From contig NW_027266280.1 in assembly GCF_022045235.1 (NCBI RefSeq), positions 1,488,001-1,552,000 of the forward strand: 64,000 nucleotides of DNA, written 5' to 3'. Below the pieces are notes generated by a model, which saw only the letters and a program-made list of their open reading frames with translations, ran no database searches and was not told the origin of the DNA. Position numbers and translations under genes: made by a program. Shown here piece by piece: positions 10,756 through 24,680 of the stretch; within the stretch, counting starts at the first letter, position 1; every line of letters begins with the position of its first letter. The stretch comes from Haliotis cracherodii. Lineage: Eukaryota.

Positions 10756-12180
10756 ATTACCACGTGCTTTACGTGTCAATATTTTATTACGTGCTTTACG
10801 TGTTACTTTATTACCTCTTGCGTTACGTGTCACTGTATTGCCACGTGCTTTACGTGTCACTGTATTACCATGTGATTTACGTGTCAATATTTTACCACTT
10901 GCGTTACGTGTTAATATTTTACCACTTGCGTTACGTGTCAATATTTTACCACTTGCATTACGTGTTACTGTATTGCCACGTGCTGTACGTGTCACTGTAT
11001 TGCTACGTGCTGTACGTGTCACTGTATTACCACATGCTTTACGTGTCAATATTTTACCACTTGCGTTACGTGTCACTGTATTACCACGTGCTTTACGTGT
11101 CAATATTTTACCACGTGCTTTACGTGTTACTTTATTACCACTTGCGTTACGTGTCACTGTATTGCCACGTGCTTTACGTGTCACTGTGTTACCACGTGCT
11201 TTACGTGTCAATATTTTACCACTTGCGTTACGTGTCAATGTATTACCATGTGATTTACGTGTCAATATTTTACCACTTGCGTTACGTGTTAATATTTTAC
11301 CACTTGCGTTACGTGTCAATATTTTACCACTTGCATTACGTGTCACTGTATTACCACGTGTTGTACGTGTCACTGTATTACCACGTGTTGTACGTGTCAC
11401 TGTATTACCACGTGCTGTACGTGTCACTGTATTGCCACGTGTTGTACGTGTCACTGTATTACCACGTGTTGTACGTGTCACTGTATTACCACGTGTTGTA
11501 GGTGTCACTGTATTGCCACGTGTTGTACGTGTCACTGTATTACCACGTGTTGTAGGTGTCACTGTATTACCACTTGCGTTACGTGTCACTGTATTACCAC
11601 GTGCTGTACGTGTCACTGTATTACCACGTGTTGTAGGTGTCACTGTATTGCCACGTGTTGTAGGTGTCACTGTATTGCCACGTGCTGTACGTGTCACTGT
11701 ATTACCATGTGTTGTACGTGTCACTGTATTACCACGTGTTGTACGTGTCACTGTATTGCCACGTGCTGTACGTGTCAATGTATTACCACGTGCTGTACGT
11801 GTCACTGTATTACCACGTGCTGTACGTGTCACTGTATTACCACGTGTTGTACGTGTCACTGTATTACCACGTGTTGTATGTGTCACTGTATTACCACGTG
11901 TTGTACGTGTCACTGTATTGCCACGTGTTGTACGTGTCACTGTATTACCACGTGTTGTACTTGTCACTGTATTACCACTTGCGTTACGTGTCACTGTATT
12001 ACCACGTGCTGTACGTGTCACTGTATTGCCACGTGTTGTACGTGTCACTGTATTGCCACGTGTTGTACGTGTCACTGTATTGCCACGTGTTGTGGGTGTC
12101 ACTGTATTGCCACGTGTTGTACGTGTCACTGTATTACCACGTGCTGTACGTGTCGCTGTATTACCACGTTTTACTGTGTT
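10756..12180. repeat. 27-bp minisatellite (ccacgtgttgtacgtgtcactgtatta)
   Basis: About 52 units. The unit length is divisible by 3, which creates long spurious ORFs. Confidence 0.96.
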
Positions 12181-12894
12181 TGCCGCACGTAGTAACACAT
12201 GTTTTACTGTTACCTACCGCCGTGTGTCGGGTGACGGGTCAACATGGAATGTCTTGGATTGGTGGGAGACGGGTGACACGTACTGATAGAGATCATAGGA
12301 CTCGACTGATGCTTCACAATTGACGAGAACCGGATGTGCGTCATTGCCTCCCAGAGTGAGACTGTCGGGATTAAACTGTGTGACCCGACCCCCTGGGGAT
12401 AGCTCCAACCAAGATAACCAGTAAAGGCGTCACTCGTTGTTTTTTTACCACTGAAAACATCTATAATAATTCCTAATAGTTAATGACTTATCACGATCTG
12501 TGGGTCTGATTCAGTGGCAACCGGATGTTCCGTGTAGAATCTGTTTGCCCACTGCATAGGCCTTCCTACGGAAACATAGCATCTGAGAGGGCCATGCTCC
12601 ACTCGTCCAATAAAAATTATTTGGATTTTGTGGATGAATATAAATATCTTAGTATTTAATTCCAAAGCAATAATTGATGTTCTAAAATTCTTAGCAAGCA
12701 ACGGAAGCAAAAAATGAATGTATTTATCTTACGAGAATTTTTCATCCCCAAACACTATTAAAAAAACAAATATGTTACAACTCCAGCAATTATGTAACTG
12801 CCATAAGATATCTGTCCAAACGAAACTATGTTAATTTGTTAACATTATGATAAAAATTGTAAAAGCTCCCGATTAACCTCTGTCCATCGAAATA

Positions 12895-14947
12895 TAGCCA
12901 TATCATCCTAGAGTATAGCCATACCACCCTACTGTATAACCAGCCATACCAACCTGATGTATAACCAGCCATACTACCCTGGTGTATAACCAGCCATACC
13001 ACTCTGGAGTACAACCAGCCATACCATCCTGATGTATAACCAGCCATACCACCCTGGTGTATAACCAGCCATACCACCCTTGTGTATAACCAGCCATACC
13101 ACCCTGGTGTATAACCAGCCATACCACCCTTGTGTATAACCAGCCATACCACCCTGGTGTATAACCAGCCATACTACCCTGGTGTATACCAGCCATACCA
13201 CCCTTGTGTATAACCAGCCATACTACCCTGGTGTATAACCAGCCATACTACCCTGGTGTATAACCAGCCATACCACCCTGGAGTATAACCAGCCATACCA
13301 CCCTGGAGTATAACCAGCCATACCACCCTGGAGTATAACCAGCCATACTACCCTGGTGTATAACAAGCCATACTACCCTGGTGTATAACCAGCCATACCA
13401 CCCTTGTGTATAACCAGCCATATCACCCTGATGTATAACCAGCCATACTACCCTGGTGTATAACCAGCCATACCACCCTTGTGTATAACCAGCCATACCA
13501 CCCTGGTGTATAACCAGCCATACTACCCTTGTGTATAACCAGCCATACCACCCTGGTGTATAACCAGCCATACCACCCTTGTGTATAACCAGCCATACCA
13601 CCCTTGTGTATAACCAGCCATACCACCCTTGTGTATAACCAGCCATACTACCCTTGTGTATAACCAGCCATACCACCCTGGAGTATAACCAGCCATACCA
13701 CCCTTGTGTATAACCAGCCATACCACCCGTGTGTATAACCAGCCATACTACCCTGGTGTATAACCAGCCATACCACCCTTGTGTATAACCAGCCATACTC
13801 TACTGGTGTATAACCAGCCATACCACCCTGGTGTATAACCAGCCATACCACCCTGGAGTATAACCAGCCATACCACCCTGGAGTATAACCAGCCATACCA
13901 CCCTTGTGTATAACCAGCCATACCACCCTTGTGTATAACCAGCCATACTACCCTGGAGTATAACCAGCCTTACTACCCTGGAGTATAACCAGCCATACTA
14001 CCCTGGTGTATAACCAGCCATACTACCCTTGTGTATAACCAGCCATACCACCCTGGTGTATAACCAGCCATACCACCCTTGTGTATAACCAGCCATACCA
14101 CCCTTGTGTATAACCAGCCATACCACCCTTGTGTATAACCAGCCATACTACCCTTGTGTATAACCAGCCATACCACCCTGGAGTATAACCAGCCATACCA
14201 CCCTTGTGTATAACCAGCCATACCACCCTTGTGTATAACCAGCCATACTACCCTGGTGTATAACCAGCCATACCACCCTTGTGTATAACCAGCCATACTA
14301 CCCTGGTGTATAACCAGCCATACCACCCTGGTGTATAACCAGCCATACCACCCTGGAGTATAACCAGCCATACCACCCTGGAGTATAACCAGCCATACCA
14401 CCCTTGTGTATAACCAGCCATACCACCCTTGTGTATAACCAGCCATACTACCCTGGAGTATAACCAGCCTTACTACCCTGGAGTATAACCAGCCATACTA
14501 CCCTGGTGTATAACCAGCCATACTACCCTGGAGTATAACCAGCCATACTACCCTGGTGTATAACCAGCCATACTACCCTGGAGTATAACCAGCCTTACTA
14601 CCCTGGAGTATAACCAGCCATACCACCCTGGTGTATAACCAGCCATACTACCCTGGAGTATAACCAGCCATACCACCCTTGTGTATAACCAGCCATACCA
14701 CCCTTGTGTATAACCAGCCATACCACCCTGGTGTATAACCAGCCATACTACCCTGGTGTATAACCAGCCATACCACCCTTGTGTATAGCCAGCCATACCA
14801 CCCTTGTGTATAACCAGCCATACCACCCTGGTGTATAACCAGCCATACCACCCTGGTTTATAACCAGCCATACTACCCTGGTGTATAACCAGCCATACCA
14901 CCCTTGTGTATAACCAGCCATACCACCCTGGAGTATAACCAGCCATA
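12895..14947. repeat. 25-bp minisatellite (ataaccagccatacYaccctKgWgt)
   Basis: About 80 highly similar tandem units. Confidence 0.97.
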
Positions 14948-16526
14948 TCGGCTATAATTTTGCTATTTTATCCCCAAAAGTGGGAACAAATGTTATTATG
15001 TATTTTAATTTATAATATACTAACTGATTCATAACTAGACACCAGAACGATATATTCTCGCCGACATGAACATAGGTCTTTACAAATGGTTTTAAACAGA
15101 ATCAATAAACCTTTGCCTCCACCAGTGACACACTTGTCATCGCACGAATCGTTTCTCCAGAAATATGCCTAAAAGGAATAGTTTGTTGGCATTGGTGAAA
15201 ATAATGAATAGTTTCTTTTGTGGAAAATACCCAAAGGTCCCATTTTTTTGTTAATGGTGAAAATGAATAGATTGTTTTATGATTCTCGGTATATTATCCC
15301 ACCCCATACACATCAAATTGATGCTCCCTAAATAAAGAACAGATTTTACCCTGGCCACCGCCAGACACATTGAATGTGGAGCCCCCGATCTGTGTACCTA
15401 TACTGAGTACAGTGGACCTCAGGTAGTCTGGACACTCCACATTCCGGGCGATGAAGTTTGAACGTCTGAACCAGTTGAAAGCGACGTAAATCTATGTTTT
15501 GTTACCCCGGAAACTTGTCAACCCGAACAGGGAACGATACAGTCCGGATTGACGGGGTGTCCTGTCTCAGCGGATCCCTGTCATTCGGCACCACCTATTG
15601 TCACACCCCGGGGTTTTCCAGCGTGGAATGATGTCATCCTCTGTGTATTCCGTTAGGATGGGGTTTGCTATTTGTTTATATTTATTTAACAATATTATAT
15701 GTCTATGAATAAATTTATCATGTAATTGTGATCACAATTTCAAGAAATTATGTAGGTGGGGCGTGCGCATCACACGTCCCCTGAAATCTCGGTATTGACA
15801 ACGTGTCATTGATGACGTTAACTGTATGTCCTGTTATCACCCGGGCGCATCCGCTATTGCATCAGTGGAGCTGTTTCTCCGGACATGGAAGGACCCGCTT
15901 GTAATTCCTGGGCCAGCGCCAGCGTCCACTGAGAGACGTGGGTTACTGTACGCGTCGTCCCTCTCAACGGCTGACGGGAAACTGAAGCACAATCGTTCAT
16001 TGAGCTTTATGAGGTTGGATTGCGGTCAAGGTTTTCAACTGTTTCCTGGTGGCTGCATGGCCCGTTACACTGACACTTGAAAATGAGCGGCCCCGAGCAT
16101 GAATGTAGGTCGACAATGACAACAATGCGTAGAACAAAGAACACATATAACCGTTTCTTTGTTTCTGTTTGTTAGTTTAACGCCGCACTTGCTTGTTGTT
16201 GTTTGTTTGTAGATTAACGCCGCACGTGGGGTTGGAGTGAAAGGGGTAAACATAGAGAATAGTAGCGGAGTGTTTTCGTGACGTAATACATGTTAGGAAT
16301 AGAATTTGAGAAGCACTCCCTAATCTGAATATCCAATCGAACATTGTTACACGGTATCTTCGCACGAATGCGAATTGCGGTGCACTTTGTAGTTTGTTTT
16401 GTTTGAGTTTGTGTAAGGGATTGTTAAGGGGCTTGTAAAAAGCTCAGCTGACATGATTGGTGAACAGATTTACAGACGACGTCGAACTGTAGCGGACACT
16501 GGGTCAGAACCCAACGAGATACGCCA

Positions 16527-16904
16527 ACAGCGCATCACATGTTATAAAATTAGCATAATGTATGTGAGATACATGATAAGTCTGTGACTTTTGCTTGTGA
16601 ATGATGTATTATAATTGTTTCTTCTTTGATAGGCATTTATAAGTTGGAGTACTAAGTAAGGATAAGAATGTATGGATGAACAACTTCTTTATTACAATTA
16701 TGAGCGACTTGCTTCATAACAGTGTTAGAACCTTCACCGAAACGTCGCTCTTAATTGTAATAAAGAAGTTGTTCATCCATAAATTCTTATCCTTACCTAT
16801 TATAATTGTGTTTATATATATGTTATTATTTATAGTAGACAGTAGAATGTTTACAGACTTATCGCACATACATTATGCTAATATTATAAAATGTGATGCG
16901 CTGT
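16527..16904. repeat. Nested inverted-repeat (foldback) element
   Basis: Outer arms ~16527-16571 / ~16860-16904. Inner arms ~16653-16708 / ~16744-16799. Confidence 0.8.
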
Positions 16905-16999
16905 CGGTAAATATATATATGGATAGTGAACCATGTGTAAGATGTAAGATGTAAGATGTAAGATGCATGGGCGGATACAGCTTTTTTGAAAAGGGGGAT

Positions 17000-18385
17000 G
17001 CACAATAAAGACCTATTTATTGTCTTTGGTGGTAATTTATAGAGAAATAAAAAAAATCGAAATAAAAAGGGAGTTTAGGGTTTATTGGCAGCTTGTTTGT
17101 TGTACTTTAATATTTAAATGCGACCAAGTAGGCCTGTTTTTATTAGATATATGCCTAGTGCTTTAAAGGTTTGTAAGTCATTTAGGGGATTTAGTACCGT
17201 TGCTAGTGTCATTTGATTGTTGCAATTTAGTGTGGATTGGAGCGTTGTTCTGTGTTGCTGGTAATGTGTGCAATATAGTATTACGTGTTCAGGCGTTTCT
17301 TTTAAGTTGCAGTGGGGGCATTTACCGGTTTGGTGTTTTTTTTAATTTGGTGTGGCCTGTTTGTAGTTTAGTTATTACTCTGTCAATTTTTTTGGTATCA
17401 TGATGGATTGTTGTTTTTTTAGTGGCTTTTGTAGCAGGTGTTTTAGTTTGCAATCAGATTTCAGATAGTTATTTTGCCACTTTTTGAAGATTTTCTTCTT
17501 TGTAATACTTTTAATTTCGTTTTTTTTTTATATTGGTAGGTTGATGTTTACTTCTTCTAATTTTAGTGCTGATTTGGCTGCTTTGTCTGCGTGTTCGTTG
17601 CCAAACACTCCGACATGGGCAGGGATCCAAACTATTTCTATGTCTTTACCTAGTTTACGTAGATTGTTGGCGCTTTTAATTATCTGTTGTATTAGTTTGG
17701 GGCGCTTTTTTTGTGTTTTTGTTTTTTATGGCCTGGAGTCTACTTAATGAGTCTGAAAGGATTAGGGTTTTTTGGTGTCTATTTATTTGATCGCTGTGCA
17801 GGGCTGTTACTATCCCCATTAATTCGGCTGTGAAAATTGATTGATTATTTGGGAGCCTATTGGATTGTGTTTCTTTTTGGGGTTTGTTGATATGGATGCC
17901 GAATCCTGTGCGTTTTGAGCTCGGGTCAAAGGACCCGTCTGTGTAAATGTGACACCAGTTTGGCCATTTTTCGTGAATGTATGCTAGTGTGATGGATTTA
18001 GCGGTATTTGGATCAGTTTCTTTATTTAGTCTGGTGGAGAGAGATATGTCGATTTGGGGGGTTTGGAGTTTGGGTGTGAAGGTATTATTTGGGGCTGTGT
18101 TTAACTGTATATTATTTAGGTTGTGTGTATTTAGGTAATTTATTATGTGTTGAGAGATTGGTGTTAATTGAGGGTTTTTGCGAGCTAGAGCTTGGAGTCT
18201 GGGGCTTGTTATTTTTAAGGATCTGTTGGATTTGTTGGTTTTGTTGGGTTGAGGCCCAGTAATTTATTAGATGTTAGATGTTCTCGGCGTAGATTCAGGG
18301 GTATTTCGCCTGTTGGTGCCTGTAGCGATATGCGCGGCGTGCCCTGCCATGCTGAGTGCGTTCGATGTATAGACTGTGTGCATGG
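17000..18385 (-). mobile_element. 5'-truncated non-LTR retrotransposon (I/Nimb-like LINE) with RNase H domain, decayed
   Basis: Minus-strand translation gives WCHIYTDGS, IFTAELMGI, ILSDSLS and IEIVWIPAHVGVFGNEHADKAAKSA (RNase H), plus the connector ISLQAPTGEIPLNLRR. Possible (CATCTTA)n tail at ~16936-16965. Confidence 0.88.
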
Positions 18386-18432
18386 CGAGAATAAAATATA
18401 CCGGAAACTAACATTTCTGTTGTCTACATTTG

Positions 18433-18702
18433 GTTGGTTGGTAGGTTTGTTGTTTAACGCCGCACTCAGCAATATTCCAGCTATATGACGGCGGTCTGTA
18501 AATAATCGAGTCTGAACCAGACAATCCAGTGATTAATATTATGAGCATCGATCCACGCAATTGGGATCGATGACATGCATCAACCAAGTCAGCGAGCCTG
18601 ACCACCCGATCCCGTTAGTCGCCTTTTACGACAAGCATAGTCACCTTTTAAGGCAAGCATGGGTTGCTGAAGACCTATTCTACCCCGGAATCTTCACGGG
18701 TC
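18433..18702 (-). mobile_element. SINE family B copy with TSD
   Basis: TSD tgtctacatttg at 18421-18432 and 18703-18714, (CAAC)n tail, and multiple homologs in the window. Confidence 0.9.
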
Positions 18703-19315
18703 TGTCTACATTTGAGACGACCCTACCCAAGCGCAAGGCTTAGCTTGCGAAAACATAATAACCTCTCGTTGTTTAAGTCAATTGGACAGGAGAGAAATTC
18801 GCAGGAAGGTGACAGAAAAAAGAGTACCATGTTGTTACACCCGAAACAAAAGTCGCCGTCCTGCGAATGAGCCGTTGTACGTTATGCAATAGATGTCTCA
18901 GGAAGAAGCCTTCGCATTGGTGTATGGAGCTCACTAAAAGTAGGTCCTTCTTAGTGATCCAGTTTGCTTTCTTATCAGATCAAGAATCACGTGTAGAGAT
19001 TTCCTTAAGTACAACAGCGACCGGGTACAAAACTAGAACATTTATATCGCGCAGGGGCAAGAACATGGTACATATCATTCTTTTGCATTGGAGTGTTCAT
19101 GATTTCCGATCTCACACCAAGTTTATCGGTTTTTGGGGAAGGGTTCTAAACATTCTACCTGATACCAATTTCATAGATCTGTCGCATCGATGCCACTGTC
19201 CATGATGTGATACAGGAGAATCTGACAGAATCCGGCCACAGCTGACAGCAGCGGAAACAGAGAGGTCTCTGAAATGTGAGGCGTGCTATCTGGTGTCGCC
19301 CCTCCAGGGCTCAGT

Positions 19316-19670
19316 GACCGCCTCCGTGGTCTAGTGGTAGAGCATCCGACTTGAGAGCGGAAGGTCCGGGGTTCGATCCCTGACCGCGTCATACCAAAAG
19401 ACGTTAAAAGATGGTACTTGTTGTTACCCTGTCTGGCGCTCGGCATTAAGGGGCTAAAACAAGGACTGGTCGGCTCGGAGTCAGTATACTGTGTCTGAGT
19501 GGGGTATTCATGTTAAACTGCGGCATGGTATCTCAGTGAGCTAGCACTATAAATCGGCATCAGTCCGAACTAGTACAAGAAGCCACACAAACACACACAC
19601 GTACATGCACGTCGCTACATAAGTGCAATAATCTTGGACGCGACGTTAAACACCATTTCACCCCACCTCA
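19316..19670 (+). mobile_element. Full-length tRNA-derived SINE of the Meta-domain (MetaSINE-like) type with 15-bp TSD
   Basis: A-box TGGTCTAGTGG and B-box GGTTCGATCCC. Central gtcataccaaaagacgttaaaagatggtac...gctcggcattaagg resembles the molluscan Meta domain (from recall, not a search). TSD cctccagggctcagt at 19301-19315 and 19671-19685. A 3' fragment recurs at ~52095-52220. Confidence 0.88.
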
Positions 19671-20001
19671 CCTCCAGGGCTCAGTATTGTTTGAACAGGG
19701 AAAATGGAAGGAACATGACCGTTGCGCCATATTACAACATCCGGTGAGTCCATTTAATCACGTTCCTGCACCGGTCGCACAAGGCAACAACCTCGCTATC
19801 TGCCTGTCACTCTTATGACACCACTTCCTTCTGGGCAGATTCAAGTGTTTTCACTCCAGTACGGGGAGAGCGCGCGCACAGCTTGTGGACAGGAAGTCAT
19901 CTTATTTCAGAAGTCGTTTTCAGTAGACATAAGCTGACCTTACTTCATGTACTGTCGCTAAGACAAACATTTGTTAAGTATTAATTTGTATAAACAGGAA
20001 A

Positions 20002-20880
20002 GGTATGTGGTATGTCGTCCATGAAGTAAGTGGTATGTAGTATGTCGTCCATGAAGTATGTGGTATGCAGTATGTCGTCCATGAAGTATGTGGTATGTAG
20101 TATGTCGTCTATGATGTATGTAGTATTTCGTCCCAGAAGTATGTAGTATGTCGTCCATGAAGTATGTAGTATGTTGTGTATGAAGTATGTGGTATGTCGT
20201 CCATGAAGTATGTAGTATTTCGTCCATGAAGTATGTAGTATGTCCTCCATTAAGTATGTAGTATGTCGTGTATGACGTATGTGGTATGGCGTCCATGAAG
20301 TATGTAGAATGTGGTCCATGAAATATGTGGTATGTAGTCTGTCGTCCATGAAGTATGTAGTATATCGTCAATGATGTATGTAGTATGACGTGTATGAAGT
20401 ATGTGGTATGTCGTCCATGAAGTATGTGGTATGTCGTCCATGAAGTATGTAGAATGTCGTCCATGAAGTATGTAGTATGTCGTCCAAGAAGTATGTAGTA
20501 TGTCGTCCATGAAGTATGTAGTATGTCGTCCATGAAGTATGTAGTATGTCGTCCATGAAGTATGTAGAATGTCGTCCATGAAGTGTGTAGTTTGACGTAC
20601 ATGAAGTACGTAGTATGTCGTCCATGAAGTATGTAGACTGTCGCCCATGAAGTATGTAGTATGTCGTCTATGAAGTATGTAGTTTGTCGTCCATGAATTA
20701 TGTAGTATGTCGTCTATGAAGTATGTAGTTTGTCGTCCATGAAGTATGTAGAATGTCGTCCATGAAGTATTTTTTTTCGTCTATGAAGTATGTGGTATGT
20801 CGTCCAAGAAGTATGTAGAATGTCGTCTATGAAGTATGTAGTATGTCGTCAATGAAGTATGTAGTTTGTCATCCTTGAAG
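20002..20880. repeat. ~23-bp minisatellite (gtatgtagtatgtcgtccatgaa)
   Basis: Tandem units. Source of ORFs 19958-20648. Confidence 0.95.
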
Positions 20881-23596
20881 AATTTGTTTCTGTTCAATAT
20901 TTGACATGCTGATACTGACATACAGAAAACGAAATCGATGATCCAATAACATGTTTTCTGACTGTTCCTTGCTACTTGTTACTTTTGAACTCTTTCAACT
21001 ATCTTTTTTCCTGCCTCAAATCAGATCATGTGAGCCAGCGTGTTTGGCCATCTGGAGGAACAGTCCGTTTTTCGTTGCCATCGGTGCTTTCTTGGATGCT
21101 TTCCACGTGCTCACCAAAGTGGTAAACGTCTGAGACCTGCATCCCTTCGAGCTTTCCTCTCCCATTGAGCTGACGTGCCATGATATAACTAGGATACTGT
21201 TCACTATTACTGTACCTACTCCGATGGTCCCCAGGAGGTCATCGAATCTGCAATGCTTTAGTCTGTAGTTGAGGAAAGGGATCTTTTTGTAGAAATGAAC
21301 ATAAAACATTAACGGAACTATTGTCATACAAGAGTTACCTTCCCTCAAATTGTCACCCGTTATCGTAAGTGTCTGGCCCGTACACAAACTGTTGACTTCC
21401 CACTTACGTTAGTTCCACACTGACAAGGCAAAATAATGACAGATGGTCATTTATGGAGTTAATACCGCCGACTCGTCAATCGAGACTGGTCGTTTCGCAA
21501 AGCGCCGTTTTTCTTACTTGACCAGCGTGTAATCCTTCGCCCTAACAGTAGTCTCGTAGCTTTCGAGAATAGTTGATTTTGTATATAATCATATCCAAAT
21601 GTTTGGTAAAGAAGTTTAGTGGCCGCTAATAGTTTTTTGCCAAATTTATTGTTTGTGTGTATTATTTAGATTTTTTTTAAATTTTCAAAGTCGAATCTAC
21701 TTCGCAATTACAAGGGCTGGTGAAACGTCCCTGCGTGTCAGGTAGGGAGAATTTACTTTTTAAGGTTTTACATTAGTAATGATAAAAAAATTATAACTTT
21801 CCGGTAGACAACTGCACGAAATGTATTTAATAGATACTAAAAATATCTCCTTTCCCCGTCTCTCGTTGAGAGAAACAAGATATTTCACTCGATACGCGGA
21901 ATATCCTCCATTTGCTCATAGGAAACGGGCATTGCAGAAAGAATTTAACATTGACACATTACTGATATCTCATACATGACGACATTTCTACGGACATACA
22001 CCCTAGACAAGAGCATATTTGTCCTTGTCAACAGGACAGTACTATCAGCTGCTGTAGACGTCAACAGAAATACTCGATGTGCGCAATAGACTTATGGAAA
22101 ATATAACAACATGGATGACTGATGTTTATAATTACTGTCAACATCATAACGATTCATATAAATATGGAATACACTGGTTCTAACTCACTACATTGTCTAA
22201 CGATCTTCGTGAGATTTATTTTGAAGTCACGAAATTAAATTTTAAAAATATTATTACGGTTCCCTTATTCAATGCCATGCGTAAAGTTCAATTATCTAAA
22301 TTGATTCCTTTTTGTTCTTTCTTTCCCACAAAATAATTCAAAGAGGATAATTGGATTTTATTCATGAGACACGCGGACACAAAGCAAGGAAGGAGAAGAG
22401 GGAAGGACATAGCACCACGCGCCTGATGTTTGTGTTCTCACGAGCACAGGACATGGGCGTATTTCGGCGTTCATGTTATTTCTAAAGCTTTTGTCAAATT
22501 CTACTTCATGTTCCGGATTCCGAACCAAAGACTCAAATTACTGTGTAGTCTGAGTTCCTGATCGACACATTTTGAGAAACAGAAGTAGGAAGTTGGACGT
22601 TTATATCCACATTCTGGTAATGAAGTGTTACGCAAATGTGTTCAGTACGTGGTTGCGTAAGAGGGATGTAACGTTAGTTCCGAGTGACGCGTCTGTTTGG
22701 CAAGCTAGCAAGTTTAATTTGAGTTGTTCGAACTCCATTTGTGTGATCTTTTAACTCAAATAAATGACAGTTGCTGATCACTTCAGATACACAAATACAA
22801 TGTCTCCGTTTCACACAGGTCACTGACAACAGCATCTAAATAATGTCTCTGTTCACACATGGCACTGACTACAACATCTACACAACGTCTCTGAACCAAG
22901 TCAGCTCCCTTTCTTCCTGATTTGTTTCTTTATGCATATGAACCGGAGTTTTTGCTCGGAATGGCAAAGTCAAAAGAAAGTAATTTGGCCAAGACGTTTA
23001 ACTGAAGCTTCAGATATACCGATGATCATGTAGCCAATTCAGTAACTCGCCTGAACCAGAAATATGGGAGGCCAGTGGGACCCGTCTGTTTCATACACTC
23101 TCCACAAGCCTGTATGACAAGAGCTATGACTTCAGCAATCCAATAGTCAACTTTACTTTATGTCAATATTTCAGCAGCTCCAGTCTTTTGCTCTAACTTC
23201 TGAGATACGAGTATGCTCTGTCTATGAATATTTGAAAGAGCGTCATACAACTACATATTGTTTCATCAAGGTTACAACTTTCAAGGGCTCGCGGTAAACG
23301 TGTGAAGGGCATTTCCAAATTTGACGCATCAGGGACTAAAGTTATTTGCCTTTGCATGTGTTTGTGTTATGTCCGTTTTGACGTGTATGGTATGCTACCG
23401 TGTGTTTTCAGGTGAAAAGTTTACTTGCCTTTGCATGTGTTTGTGTTATGTCCGTTTTGACGTGTATGGTAAGCTGCCGTGTGTTTTCAGGTGAAAAGTT
23501 TACTTGCCTTTGCATGTGTTTGTGACGGATGACACCTGTGGGGCAGGATACGCTCACTTTCCGATGTCCATATTCTCCTTGATTATTGTTAAAAGG

Positions 23597-23740
23597 NNNN
23601 NNNNNNNNNNNNNNNNNNNNNNNNNNNNNNNNNNNNNNNNNNNNNNNNNNNNNNNNNNNNNNNNNNNNNNNNNNNNNNNNNNNNNNNNNNNNNNNNNNNN
23701 NNNNNNNNNNNNNNNNNNNNNNNNNNNNNNNNNNNNNNNN
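23597..23740. other. Assembly gap (144 N)
   Basis: Run of N, preceded by an ~80-bp tandem duplication at ~23341-23522. Confidence 1.
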
Positions 23741-24531
23741 CATAAATCGATATTTTGATAGCGAAGAAATTAAATAATCATAAGTTATATATGGTAAATC
23801 AGATAATAAAGATTGTCACTGAAATAAGTATGAACCTTGAGTTTAATATCTAGGGTTTTTTAAAAATTCTTTCTTGATGAAAACAAACTTACGTTATAAA
23901 TCTCTACCAAATTCCCCGAAACCGACACTCATCTGTTCAACGCCATCACGCTATTGTCATATGTATGACGTCATTGAAAAGTCAAAATAGAACAAATGAG
24001 AATATCTCTATTGAATCTCAATACCCACTGTCCACGTTATATTAATTAAGTATACACGCTTGAAGTACAATCCCAGTGAACAATTATTATTACGTAATGT
24101 TTTTGTCTTTTTTATATTTCAGGATTACCAATATGCTAGCACTATTTCGGTAACCTGACGTCACGTGTCATTTCATAATGTGGATACTAACTAATTAGGG
24201 ATGGATCAATTATTAAATGGGAGGGGTGGAGTGGAGGGGAAGGGGGGTAGATCGGTGAGACTGGTCTTAGGACTGTAGGAGAGACTGTATCATATTTGAC
24301 TAACGCGCTACCCACCCTCTTCTTTGTGACATGTTTTCACCGCGTGTAATCTTGTTGTGGCAATAACACTCGAAGTGATGAAGGTCTCAAACGTTTACTA
24401 CTTTAGTGAAACCCACGGGTATGGTCCTAGAAACATAATCATGATCATCGGTTTCTGTCACACCTAAGGGACGCAACTCCATACAGCGAATTGTGGCGAA
24501 GAATGCTACCCCACGGCTCGTGTCCCCTTAA

Positions 24532-24680
24532 GGGGTGATCGGGTAGCCTATTGGTTAAAACGTTCGCTCGTCACACCGAAGAGACTGGTTGATTCCCTAC
24601 ATGGGTACATTTCGTTCAAGTCCCCCGTCGTGATATTGCTGGAATATTGCTAAAAGCGGCCTAAAACCATACTCACTCAC
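24532..24680 (+). mobile_element. Degenerate SINE family A
   Basis: gggtagcctattggttaaaacgttcgctcgtcacaccgaag...gctggaatattgctaaaagcggc...actcactcac. Confidence 0.85.

Noticed and set aside
10714-12323. Long ORFs of 494, 482, 253, 219 and 161 aa (Thr/Arg-, Val- and Cys-rich, metallothionein-like)
   Set aside because: They are reading frames of a 27-bp minisatellite open in several frames on both strands, with no unique domain.
12826-14946. Repetitive GWYGWLYTRVVWLVIH ORFs; possible CRISPR-like array
   Set aside because: A pure 25-bp tandem repeat without unique spacers, in eukaryotic DNA with no cas genes. The same applies to the 53- and 64-bp arrays.
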